Below are positions 1 to 11,066 of a stretch of DNA of 39,246 nucleotides, in pieces (within the stretch, counting starts at the first letter, position 1; every line of letters begins with the position of its first letter). The notes under the pieces are model-generated. The model had not been told where the DNA came from and did not search any database. It was given only the letters and a program-made list of their open reading frames with translations. Location of the stretch: assembly GCF_964188315.1 (NCBI RefSeq), contig NC_135659.1, forward strand, positions 56,978,001-57,017,246, written 5' to 3'. The translations under genes were made by a program, and so were the position numbers. The stretch comes from Podarcis muralis. Lineage: Eukaryota.

Positions 1-267
1 GTTACGAACATCTCAGAAAACCACTTAAGCAATTTAAAATAACCAAAGTACTTATAAGCCACTTAACATTTTCTAACCCTTCAAATTTGGGACAAAGCCC
101 CCATCTCACACACACACTCCCATACACAGCTAAATTCAAACAGGAATGGAACTGCTAAGCACTCTGCAGTAGGGAATTTGTAAGGAAAGGGACAAGGAGG
201 TTTCCTCATAAGGCCCCATACACACTATAGAGTTAAAGCAGTATTATACCACTTCAATACTTATTTT

Positions 268-447
268 GAGAGACGGGATGGTGTAGGACTAGGACCTGGG
301 AAGCCAGGATTCAGATCCCTGCTTTGTCATGAAACTCACTGGGTGACCTTCAGCCAGTCACAGTTTCTCAGCCTAACTTACCTCACAGGGCTGCTGAGCT
401 CACTGGAGAACAATTGGGACATAAATGTAATAACAAATAAACAAACA
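268..447 (+). mobile_element. tRNA-CORE SINE (Squam3/MIR-like), degenerate
   Basis: Degenerate tRNA head (GGACTAGGACCTGGGAAGCCAGGATTCAGATCCC), CORE motif CATGAAACTCACTGGGTGACCTTCAGCCAGTCAC...CTCAGCCTAACTTACCTCACAGGG and an A-rich tail. Confidence 0.65.
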
Positions 448-597
448 GCCATATCTTCTCCCACGGAATCCTGGGAATCTCAGTTTGTGCTGAGAGTTGT
501 TAGGAGAGTTGTTCCCTGGGAAGAGGAATTCATTGTTAGATCAGTCTGGAAATTGTAGATATGTGCGGGGAATAGGTGTCTCCTAACAACTCTCAGA

Positions 598-948
598 GGG
601 ACGCGGGTGGCGCTGTGGGTTAAAGCCTCAGCGCCTAGGACTTGCTGATCGAAAGGTCGGTGGTTCGAATCCCCGCGGTGGGGTGCGCTCCCGCTGCTCG
701 GTCCCAGCGCCTGCCAACCTAGCAGTTCGAAAGCACCCCCGGGTGCAAGTAGATAAATAGGGACCGCTTACTAGCGGGAAGGTAAACGGCGTTCTGTGTG
801 CTGCGCTGGCTCGCCAGATGCAGCTTCGTCACGCTGGCCACGTGACCCGGAAGTGTCTGCGGACAGCGCTGGCTCCCGGCCTCTAGAGTGAGATGAGCGC
901 ACAACCCTAGAGCCTGGCAAGACTGGCCCGTACGGGCAGGGGTACCTT
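598..948 (+). mobile_element. Sauria SINE, full length, young CpG-rich subfamily
   Basis: Starts GGGACGCGGGTGGCGCTGTGGGTTAAA; Pol III A box 608-618 and B box GGTTCGAATCC 662-672; BovB-related 3' end finishing GGGGTACCTTTA; perfect 13-bp TSD TAACAACTCTCAG at 584-596 and 949-961. Confidence 0.95.
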
Positions 949-2242
949 TAACAACTCTCAGCTCCCTTAAAATACTACAGTTCCCAGAATTCTATGTGGG
1001 AAGCCATAACTTTTTAAAGTGGTGTGATGCTGCTTTAAATGTACAGTGCAGATTCGGCCTGAAGACACATTTCTTAGGAGAGATTATAATAGAGTTTCTC
1101 ACTATTCTTTTCTCACTTGCTTCCCCTCAGCCACCCTTTGCTCTCAACTGCTAAAGATCCTTGCCGTCTCTGTGATTTTTCATATTTCTTCAGTATCCTT
1201 CTCAACATACAACAATGACCTGCAGTTTTATTAATCCTTCGAACTATTTCTGCAATGCATTAACCAAAACCTTCAGCCTCAACTTGTGTCTGCTTTCTGT
1301 GTTCCAAGGATTGGAAGGAAGGCGACACCTTCTCTGTAGATGAAATGGAAGCTATTCTGGGCCAATATTGTTCCCACTCTTGTAATGGAGGGTATGTTTA
1401 CCTGCACATACCCCTTCTTCAAATAAGACATGGGAGAATGGCTCCCAAAGGGAGCAGCTTGTGAGATGGACCCTTGTGTGGCCCGATGGCCAATAAGGAA
1501 CAGGTTAGAACCTGGCTTTACAACTTTCCTCCTCCTTTTTTGCAATTTACTGCACTCATCCTGCCTAAATACAGTGTGGGCTTCTGCTAGTGTGACCTGG
1601 ACCAGAGACATGACTTGTGAAGAGTCCTGAGGACTAGAGAATCCTGGATGGCCCATCTGGTTCCCTTGGCCAGAGGTTCTCTACCATAGGTTTAAGACAC
1701 CTGAACATTTAAAGCAAGTGGCACTGCCAACAAAATGTTGCTATGTGGAGTGATCATGTTCAGGGTTCCAGGATATTCCATTCTTCCTCTTCCCCTCATT
1801 TCTCTGTTTTTCCTCTCAACAAATAATCAGCATTCCATGACAACTGAACATGTTCAGTTCACATTGGACTGTATAGGTTTCTCTCACCACCCTAGGGATT
1901 ACCATATGGCAGAATACAACTTGAGGGGATCAGGGTAGTGCCTAGCAATTGCCCTTCTCATGCCCTATAAAGCTAAGAAATCCTGTGGGCCTAGGCCTTT
2001 AATTCTGTTTATTCCATAAATTGGTAGTTTCTCATGCCTAGATATGTTGGAACGGCACTGTATGGGAATGTTTATCTTTAAAATAGGGCTTCAGCTGGCA
2101 CCTGCTATAGGGAGCATCAGATAGCCTTGGGAGTTATCTGTCAAGTATTTGTTAGCCTTTCACTCTGTTGGGAAACCGATGTATTCCCCAAACAGCAGGT
2201 GTGACTTACTCTGGTGGGAAAACGCAAACACCAGCTGTGAGT

Positions 2243-2244
<2 letters not shown>

Positions 2245-2296
<52 letters not shown>
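2245..2296. repeat. (TAA)17 microsatellite forming the 3' tail of the adjacent L2
   Basis: Perfect TAA run directly abutting the L2 3' UTR. Confidence 0.97.
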
Positions 2297-2359
2297 TTAT
2301 TATTTATACCCCGCCCACTCTGGGCGGCTTCCAAAAGAATATTAAAATACTGTGATACA

Positions 2360-4411
2360 TCAAACATTAAAAGCTTCCCTAAACAGGGCTGCCTTCAGAT
2401 GTCTTCTAAAAGTCTGGTAGTTGTTGTTCTCTTTGACATCTGGTGGGAGGGCGTTCCACAGGGAGGGCGCCACTACCGAGAAGGCCCTCTGCCTGGTTCC
2501 CTGTAACTTGGCTTCTCGCAGTGAGGGAACCGCCAGAAGGCCCTCGGTGCTGGACCTCAGTGTCCGGGTAGAACGATGGAGGTGGAGACGCTCCTTCAGG
2601 TATACTGGACCGAGGCCGTTTAGGGCTTTAAAGGTCAGCACCAACACTTTGAATTGTGCTCGGAAACGTACTGGGAGCCAATGTAGGTCTTTCAAGACCG
2701 GTGTTATATGGTCTCGGCGGCCGTTCCCAGTCACCAGTCTGGCTGCTGCATTCTGGATTAGTTGTAGTTTCCGGGTCACCTTCAAAGGTAGCCCCACATA
2801 GAGCGCATTGCAGTAGTCCAAGCGGGAGATAACCAGAGCATGCACCACTCTGGCGAGGCAGTCCGCGGGCAGATAGGGTCTCAGCCTACGTACCAGATGG
2901 AGCTGGTACACAGCTGCCCTGGACACGGATTTAACCTGTGCCTCCATGGACAGCTGTGAGTCCAAAATGACTCCCAGGCTGCGCACCTGGTCCTTCAGGG
3001 GCACGGTTACCCCATTCAGGACCAGGGAATCCTCCACACCTGCCCGCCTCCTGTCCCCCAGAAACAGTACTTCTGTCTTGTCAGGATTCAATCTCAATCT
3101 GTTTGCCGCCATCCATCCTCCAACCGCCTCCAGACACTCACACAGGACCGTCACCGCCTTCACTGGTTCTGATTTGAAAGAAAGGTAGAGCTGGGTATCA
3201 TCTGCATACTGATGAACACCCAGCCCAAACCCCCTGATGATCTCTCCCAGCGGCTGCATGTAGATGTTGAAAAGCATAGGGGAGAGGACAGAACCCTGAG
3301 GCACCCCACAAGTGAGAGCCCAGGGGTCTGAACACTCATCCCCCACCACCACTTTCTGAACACGGCCCAGGAGGAAGGAGCGGAACCACTGTATGACAGT
3401 ACCCCCAGCTCCCAGCCCCTCAAGACGGTCCAGAAGGATGTTATGGTCGATGGTATCAAATGCCGCTGAGAGATCCAGCAGAACTAGGAAACAGCTCTCA
3501 CCTTTGTCCCTAGCCCGCCGGAGATCATCAACCAGTGCGACCAAGGCAGTTTCAGTCCCGTGATGAGGCCTGAATCCCGATTGGAAGGGATCCAAATGGT
3601 CCGCTTCTTCCAGGCGTGCCTGGAGTTGTTCAGCAACCACTCGCTCAATCACCTTGCCCAAGAATGGAAGATTTGAGACTGGGCGATAGTTGGCCATCGT
3701 GGCCGCATCTAAAGATGGTTTTTTAAGAAGCGGTTTAATAACCGCCTCTTTCAACGGGTCTGGGAAGGTTCCCTCACGGAGGGAAGCATTCACCACCCCA
3801 CGAAGCCCATCGCCCAGCCCTTCCCGGCTAGCTTTTATAAGCCAGGATGGGCAAGGATCCAGGAGACAGGTGGTTGGTTTCACTCGTCCAAGCAGCCTGT
3901 CCACATCCTCGGAGGTAACAGATTGGAATTGATCCCACGCAATTTGACTAGACAGGACTCTAGCACTCTCCCGCCCTGGCCCTGCTCCCACGGTGGCGTC
4001 TACCTCTTCCCGAATCTGAGCGACTTTATCTGCAAAAAACTTTGCAAAATCATTGCAGGAGATCATGTGGCCCGTACTGGGCCCCGATGTAGCAGGTGGT
4101 TCCGCTAAATTGCGGACCACCTGAAAAAGTCTCCTGCTGCTGTTTTCTGCAGATGCAATAGAGGCGGCGAAGAAGGCCTTCTTCGCCGTCGCTACCGCCA
4201 CTTGGTAGGCTCGACACTGAGCTCTAACCTGTGTCCGGTCAGCTTCAGAATGGGTCATCCGCCACCGGCGCTCTAGCCGTCTCAACGATTGTTTCATTGC
4301 CCTCAGATCCGTGGAAAACCACGGGGCTGTCCGGGCTCCATGCAATCGGAGAGGGCGCTTCGGAGCCAAACAGTCAATAGCCCTGGTTAACTCCACATTC
4401 CAGCGGGCCAC
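2360..4411 (-). pseudogene. L2 ORF2 reverse transcriptase domain and C-terminus; no endonuclease or ORF1, no true start codon
   Basis: RT motifs YRPVSNLPFLGKVIE, QSGFRPHHGTETAL, LLDLSAAFDTIDH, GVPQGSVLSP, QYADDTQLY and LNPDKTEVL; L2-type C-terminus SRLDYCNALYVGLP...LHWLPV...RAFSVVAPSLWNALP. No internal stops over 2052 nt. Confidence 0.9.
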
Positions 4412-4808
4412 CAGGGAATCAGCTGAAAGGCCATTATAAAATGGTCTTCTGCTTTAGTGAGAGACTGATGTGTTCCCCAAATACCGGATGTGACTTACAT
4501 CACCGGAATAGCAGCAGGTGATCAGTGCCTTAATTAGCACTGACTAGTATAGCAGCCCTGCTTAGTGAGAATTGCAGACCATAGGCTAGCATATAAAATC
4601 AGTTAGAGAGTAAATTTGGTGTTCTTAATAGCCTACTGTTGCCCCCTCAGCAATACAGCAGCTTTTCCTAGAGAGTTTTTGTAATTTTGTAAACCTTGGG
4701 TTCCCCCAAGTCTGTTGATACCTTCCTCTTGTGGGTGGGTGGTGCGGTTTCTGCTGCATATGGATCCACACTCTGGGATTGTGTCCTCTTGGTAGAGGAG
4801 GCAAGGCA

Positions 4809-5549
4809 CCGATAATAAATGTTGGAAATGTAAAGAAACTGAAGGTACATTCTTTCACCTTTGGTGGACGTGCCCAAGGATTAAGGCTTTCTGGGAGATG
4901 ATATATAATGAAATGAAAAAGGTATTTAAATATACCTTCCTGAAGAAACCAGAGGCCTTTCTCCTGGGCATGGTCGGCCAATTGGTGCCAAAGAAGGATA
5001 GAACTTTCTTTATGTATGCCACAACAGCAGCAAGAATACTTATCGCAAAGTATTGGAAGACACAAGATCTACCCACCCTGGAAGAATGGTAGATGAAGGT
5101 GATGGACTATATGGAACTGGCGGAAATGACTGGCAGAATCCGAGACCAGGGAGAAGAGTCGGTGGAAGAAGATTGGAAGAAATTTAAAGACTATTTACAG
5201 AAATACTGCAAAATTAATGAATGTTAGAATGATGTTGGATTGAAGTTAAGTGGTTTTCAGCAGTAATGTTATAAAGATGTGTAAAAATGGATTGTTAACA
5301 GGGGATAATCTAAACTTATAATATATTAAGATTAAAGATTAGGATAAAAACAAAGAGGGAAAGGATTTGCTGAACCAACTAATTGAACTGGATACAAAAA
5401 AGGGAGGTGTGAGGAGGTCTGGGGATCAAGCGAATGAAAGATAAGATACGGAAAGATTGAATTGTTTTTAACTGTTTTTACTTTGTACTTTTTCTTTCTT
5501 CTTTTTGTAATACTTTGAAAACTTTAATAAAAATCTTTTTTTAAAAAAA
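4809..5549 (+). mobile_element. L1 LINE 3' fragment (ORF2 C-terminus, 3' UTR, polyA) with 15-bp TSD
   Basis: 4811-5227 translates to DNKCWKCKETEGTFFHLWWTCPRIKAFW...AARILIAKYWK...EEW*MKV...EC* (Cys/His knuckle of L1 ORF2, one premature stop at 5090-5092); AATAAA at 5526-5531; A tract 5543-5550; TSD AGAGGAGGCAAGGCA at 4794-4808 and 5550-5564. Confidence 0.92.
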
Positions 5550-6769
5550 AGAGGAGGCAAGGCAGTGGTGATATTGAGACTGCATGGGTGTACTGGTGGA
5601 GCCACTTCCGCCTGTGTATCCCTGGAACTTAGACATGTTCCCGTACTATCCCAGTAAGTAGCAGTGATGGTGGCATCATGAGGATTGTTCTGCCCCACCA
5701 TGCTGGCCACTCCTAGTTTCTAGGATTGAACAGTTAACTGTGACAGCAAAAATGGTTGGCCTGAAATCTGGAAAGCTCTTTTCTGAGCCCAACTTCAAGT
5801 AGACTTTTAATATCTGGAAACCCAAGATCCTTTCCCTCCCCTCTCCTTCACAACAACCATTAAGAATGTCAAAAAGCATCCCAGGCATCCTGACACTTGT
5901 TCGTATTTTAATATTCAGATTTTCCAACTGGTAAATAGCAAAGAGCCCCAGATTAGCAAAGCAGCAGGCTTGAAAGACAATGCATGATGACATTTTGAAA
6001 TGCTGATGACAAATCCCCTCCCCAGTTGCAATCAGCTGTAGTTTACCAGCCTACATGGTAGGGCTGCATTGCAGTTCATGTGGCTTCCATTGTGCATTTG
6101 TAATTAAGGCCCATAGGAGATTTCTGAAACGGGAGGGGAGAGTTGTGTGTCTTGTGGGCAATGAACATGTCACCAGCCACCTGTGCCATGCAGCTGATTA
6201 CGTACCACTGCGTCTGCACTGTAAAAGCTGGATTGTTTGTCAAGGCTAATAGAAGTACATGATTTGACATGGGACCCCTGAGAGAGAGAAAAGCAGAGTA
6301 AAAGGCAGCATGCCCACATCATTTTCTATGATTCCAAAGGGTAAAATGAAGCTCTAAGCCTCAGCACTGCAACTTAAAGGTCACTGGCAGCATGAAATGG
6401 AATTTGCATTCTTTTTCATTTTTAATGTGATGAACCAGTGATGATAATAGATTTTGTAAAAATGGAAGGCATTGTTCCTCAGCCTTGTTCCTCCCCTGCT
6501 CCAATAAATAATGCCATCTCTTCAGGTGGGAGAAGAATGCTATTTTGGCCACAGTTTAATCCTTCGGCTGCTGAGGGAACAAAAGCGCCTTAAATAACAT
6601 CGTGCAATCCAAGAAACTGTAGAAATTAGGGGGCTCTTATAACACTCTAGTGGAAAATCCAGTGTTTTAATCCAGTCTCCTCATTGGCAGTACTTGACAT
6701 CATTACTGAGCACAGAATTAGCTGTGGTTGATGCAGCCTGTGCCAATACCTAATGATTCAGAGATGAAA

Positions 6770-7110
6770 ATATTTATTTTTTTATAATATTTATGGGATG
6801 CCTTTCTAACTCAGAAACTGGGGACTCAAGGCAATAATACAATTAAATCTAAAACCATCAAGTTAGAACACTATCAACAATCTAAAAAACTAATTGTACA
6901 ACAACTGTGGCATAAAATTCCCAAACTGAGCATACTCAGCATAAATGCCTTAGAAAGGAGACGTGTGTTCTGCTGAGGGTGAAAACTGTGTATAGAGAAG
7001 ACACCAGCTGAATCCCCCAAGGAAAGGCATCCTTCAAAATGGATGCCTCAGGAGAGAAAGACCCTGTCCACACACTCTCACAGTTGTCACCAAAGTAAAG
7101 GAAGGCATAT
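6770..7110 (-). mobile_element. Old, degenerate L2 3' end
   Basis: TTTATT-rich tail followed by sequence loosely resembling the antisense of L2 3' ends (AAATGCCTTAGAAAGGAGACGTG...GAGAAAGACCCTGTCC). Confidence 0.4.
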
Positions 7111-7126
7111 AGTACCAGTACCAGTA

Positions 7127-7355
7127 CAGTGGTACCTCGGGTTAAGAACCTAATTCGTTCCGGAGGTCCGTTCTTAACCTGAAACTGCTCTTAACCTGAA
7201 GCACCACTTTAGCTAATGGGGCCTCCCACTGCTGCCGCCACACTGCCACCACGCGATTTCTGTTCTCATCCTGAAGCAAAGTTCTTAACCTGAGGTACTA
7301 TTTCTGGGTTAGCGGAGTCTGTAACCTGAAGCGTCTGTAACCCGAGGTACCACTG
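7127..7355. mobile_element. Tc1/mariner (Tigger/pogo-type) MITE, 229 bp
   Basis: Perfect 18-bp TIR CAGTGGTACCTCGGGTTA (7127-7144) / TAACCCGAGGTACCACTG (7338-7355); TA TSD at 7125-7126 and 7356-7357; repeated internal TTAACCTGA motifs. Confidence 0.92.
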
Positions 7356-7370
7356 TATAGAAATTAAATA

Positions 7371-7371
<1 letters not shown>

Positions 7372-7419
<48 letters not shown>
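7372..7419. repeat. (ATT)n microsatellite, about 16 units
   Basis: Direct observation. Confidence 0.95.
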
Positions 7420-7765
7420 TCAGAGCTAGCCTTCTTTCTTTCTTTTTCCTTTTCCCTTTTTCCCTTTCAAGCACTCATTTATTCTTTTTAAGGGGAAAAA
7501 ATGGGCTTTCGAAGTTAATTACTGCAAAGCTACTTCATATGCTTTCTTGTGCTTGGAGCACACCTCTTACAGGCAAAAATCCAGACTAGCAGGGGCCAAA
7601 TCCTTTCCCATTCTTGCATCATATACCCAAGTCCTTTAAAAGTACAATTTCTACTTATGGGCACCATTCTTCAAAAAACTCTGTGCACACATTTGGTACT
7701 CAGAAAAAATCAGTTCCTGCATACAATTTTTAACATATGTTAGCTAGCCTTCTTTAAATGCCTTC

Positions 7766-7894
7766 AAGGAACGAAACCCTCCAAATGTTGCTGAACCACA
7801 CTGCCCATCAGCCCTGACCATTGGCTATGCCTGTTGAGTGTCGTGCAAGCTGGAGGCCAACCACATCTGAAGCGACACGGGTTCCCCATTTCTG
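7766..7894. mobile_element. Short palindromic hAT-type MITE, degenerate (same family as 33508-33650 and 37867-37996)
   Basis: Shares CTCCA(G/A)ATGTTG...CCCATCA(T/G)CCCTG...CATCTG(G/A)AG...GGTTCCCCAT with the other two copies. Confidence 0.55.
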
Positions 7895-7979
7895 TACTCA
7901 CAGAATGCACTCCTCAAGGCCACAGTTGTGTAAATTGCAAATTGGGTCTAACTGCTTTGGCTCCAAGCTGGGAGATGTC

Positions 7980-8390
7980 TTCATATTTATTTTATTTTTT
8001 ATTTTTATTTCTTGCAAATTTATTGAAGGAAGGAAAAGGGAATGGGGGGAAAAAACCACACAAAAGGAAGGGGACAAAAAAAGGCAACAGAAGAGAAAAA
8101 AACCTGCAGTTCACATTCACAATACAATAAACATCCATCTTAATTTACACTTGCAGATCAATATATGCCATCCAAATGTCGGAATAGGTATCCAAATGAA
8201 GTTGGTGTTTACAGAAAGTACATTTGAAGGTAGCAAGGGTGTTAAGGTCTTCATACCATTGCATAGTAGATGGTATTTATCATTCCAGTCACAGAGTAGG
8301 TCTCTTAGAGGCCATAAGAGCTCGTAAACTCCATTTTTGTTGTCCTGCTGTTGGTCCACACACTACAAGGATATAATTTTAAGATATATG
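7980..8390 (-). mobile_element. Old L1 3' fragment
   Basis: Minus-strand translation with stops gives KWSLRALMASKRPTL...IPSTMQWYEDLNTLATFKCTFCKHQLHLDTYSDIWMAYIDLQV*, resembling an L1 ORF2 C-terminus; the T-rich run at about 7985-8010 is the inverted A tail. Confidence 0.6.
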
Positions 8391-9869
8391 AACACCTGCA
8401 AATATCAAGGATTTTGAGATGTCTTCATCCTGACACAATGGCAATCTGTCTTCACAGAAGCAACAACTGACATCACAGCTTTGGATATGCATTTCTTTGC
8501 ACAATAGGCCTAAAAAACTTGTGGATTTGCAACCCCTCTGTGAGATAGTGTGGTCATCCCAACCTTATAAGGGGGAGAAAGGGGGGTATCGGTAGCCCAG
8601 AGAAACTGAGCCAGCCAGGTTTGTGAATTAAACCCTCCTCTTCTAACTCCAGCACTGGCACCCTGATCCAGACAGAGAGCTACATTTTTGACAAATGGAA
8701 CAACATATGCAAGGCCAGATGGGCTGAAAGGAGAAGCGTGACTGCAGTACCCTTTGGAGGATATTCATTCTGCCATCAAAGGAACTTACAGCACTGCCTC
8801 TAAGCTAAATGAGGAAGAAGATGAAAGCCAGGACAGCACATTAAAACGCCAATATCATCACCTTTTCTCAAATGAAAATACAGTTAAGTCTGATGCAAAG
8901 TAAACAATCCCATCCAGCTTCAGGGAGAAACCTAATGGTTTGTGATAGCAGTGCACACACGTACCTAGCTCTGAATTAAGTGGCTTGTTCTGCCTGAAGC
9001 TCACAGGTTGTTCTATGGCGTATCCAGGGTATTTGAAAGAACACGTTCTGAAAGGCACAGCCCATCTTCTGCCAAACCCCAGTGTGGGGTTAAAGACAAG
9101 TACTCTCGTGAACGGTGCTTGCTGTAGGGATGTTTGGTCCAATATTTAAAACCACACAGTGACAGGTTTGGTAAATAATCCCCCAAGATTCTACAGGTTT
9201 CTCCAGAAGAGAGCTGGGATCCAAAAACCACAAACTTGCATTCTGGGTTAATAAATTCAGAAAAGCTGCCAAACCGAGTTATCTGCTCATTTACTAATTA
9301 CAATTCCTAATAGTGTTGGTGTGTTTTTTAACCAGTTCAGCCAAGAAATATACACAGTGAAAGATGAAAAACACAGGAAGATGCTCAGTCTGGAGAAGAA
9401 GGCTGCACATGTGCCCAAAACGAGGTGAGCGCAAGTCCAGAACAGGCTCAGATCTAAAACTGTGTACATCTATTTGCACCCTAAAGTTCTGAGATAAAAA
9501 AAAATCCAGTGTTTTAGTTATATATATATATTCTTCTTTATGCTTTATGCTATGGTTACATGACTCCTCTCTTATTTTGCTTACGTTTCAAAGTGGCTGG
9601 CAATACCTTTGAGGCACGTGAGGAAACAGCTACAGGAAGGCTGTTTTTAAAATTGCTCTCTTTGTAGGCTGTGCCACTGGAGCAGCAGCAAACACAGCTT
9701 TCAGGCAGGTTATGGCTGTGTTCATGCTCCTGTTTAGTGTGCACTTGCTGCACTTCTAGTGCTGGGTATTTCATCCATGTTTATATGCAGGTGTATTGTG
9801 TAGTTTGCTATAAAATACTGTGATTTGATGTTTTGTTTCTCAAGCCAACTTCACACCAAGTAGAGTCCT

Positions 9870-10270
9870 TAATCCATTCCTAAATTGCCTCTAGCCAAGG
9901 CATGAACACTTCTGCATAGAGTAAATGCATCCCTGCCTGTCATCACCACACCTGAGTTCATCCTCTGAGGCCCTTCTTCATGTGCCTCTTCCACGGAAGG
10001 TCTGGAAGGTGGCAACACGAGAACGGGCCTTTTCTGCAGTGGCTCCCCATTTATGGAATGCTCTACCCAGGAAGGTTTGGCTGCCACCTTCATTATATAC
10101 CTTTAGGCACCAGGTGAAAACATTCCTTTTATCCCAGGTCTTTGGCTGATTGACATCCAATACCCTTTTTTAATGCATGTTTGTTTTTGCTCTTATTTTT
10201 CTTATTATTTTGTGCTTTTTATATGGCAGAGATCTGCAGGTGTAGGGCTGTAAATAACAATAATAATATT
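9870..10270 (+). mobile_element. L2 3' fragment (older family)
   Basis: ORF 9925-10149 (SSSEALLHVP...TRERAFSAVAPHLWNALP...YTFRHQVKTFL) aligns with the C-terminus of the L2 ORF at 2360-4411; followed by a 3' UTR and AAT-rich tail. Confidence 0.82.
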
Positions 10271-10990
10271 GTTATAAATAACAATAATAGTAACATCCCC
10301 TGGTGTGTACACTGCAAGTCTGCCCCAATGAAGGGCATACAGTAAGGTATGGAGAGCCCGATTTTAGAGCAAAGGGAGCACAAAAAGTGAAGAATAGTAA
10401 ATATCTCCCATATCTCATACCCACAACTAACCTGCCCCTAGAAAGTCTCCTTGGATGCTATTCTTCTCAGCCAAAGTCCAATCAAATAAGTGAACTTTGC
10501 AAGGGAAAAAGAACTTGGGGAGGGGTTGGCAGGAAGAAGCTCAGCGGTATAGCGGTGGAGAAACACTGAGGGGGTGCACAGCACTTTTTCAGAGCAATAG
10601 CAACGAGGCCATGTGCAGGCCCATCCTTGCTCTGGAAGGTGAATGAGATGAAAAGGAGGCCTTCAAGTTTGATTGTGGCAGGGTTGCCTAAAAGAATTTA
10701 TAGAATGAGGCCAATAATGAAGGAGAGGCTGCTTATTTCTTTCCTTTTCTTTGATGGGGTTCCCTCCTCATGCTAGCAGGTCCAATGGTAGCACTTTATC
10801 TGCACGAGTGCTTGCATTTCTAATTAAAAGCTAAAGATTCCATTTCAGCTAGCTGAAGATCTTTTCTTGAAGCTCAGCATATTTTTGCAGTTGGAAATAA
10901 ATGCCACTGTGTTCAATGGAGTTTGCTTCTGGGAAAGCATGCATAGTGTTGCATTCAAGTCAGTCTTAAGACACGAGATATGATACTCCA

Positions 10991-10995
<5 letters not shown>

Positions 10996-11066
<71 letters not shown>
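10996..11066. repeat. Compound (CT)n(GT)8 microsatellite
   Basis: Direct observation; one CT to TT interruption. Confidence 0.96.

Larger units (their letters stand above)
212..1059. mobile_element. Palindromic non-autonomous DNA transposon (Harbinger-like MITE) carrying two nested SINEs
   Basis: Ends are inverted repeats: 212-254 GGCCCCATACACACTATAGAGTTAAAGCAGTATTATACCACTT versus the reverse complement of 1017-1059 (about 32/43 identical). Inner arms also pair (CTGAGAGTTGTTAGGAGA near 491-508 versus TCTCCTAACAACTCTCAG 579-596). Flanks are TAA (209-211) and TGA (1060-1062), close to a 3-bp TWA TSD. The superfamily call is inference. Confidence 0.6.
2245..4435 (-). mobile_element. L2-clade LINE, 5'-truncated (RT half of ORF2, 3' UTR and (ATT)n tail)
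   Basis: 683-codon RT frame, a short 3' UTR and a trinucleotide tail; closely similar to the second copy at 18761-19512. Confidence 0.93.
2045..5635 (+). mobile_element. Probable solo LTR (about 650 bp once inserts are removed), interrupted by an L2 and an L1
   Basis: TG (2045) to CA (5635) termini; a 38-bp internal repeat on both sides of the L2 (2172-2209 and 4461-4498, 31/38 identical); TATA-like CATATAAAA near 4590; sequence is continuous across the L1 TSD. No canonical TSD found, only a 5-bp ATGTT repeat overlapping the termini. Confidence 0.45.

Noticed and set aside
598-680. tRNA-like A and B boxes here and in the other SINE heads
   Set aside because: They belong to SINEs; no cloverleaf or anticodon arm of a real tRNA gene is evident.
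2168-4108. Plus-strand ORFs, including the poly-Asn ORF at 2168-2506
   Set aside because: Antisense shadows of the L2 ORF and translation of the (AAT)n tail.
5640-6770. TE-poor stretch that looks like a conserved non-coding element
   Set aside because: Only an impression from absent repeats and one octamer (6402-6409); conservation cannot be judged without alignments.
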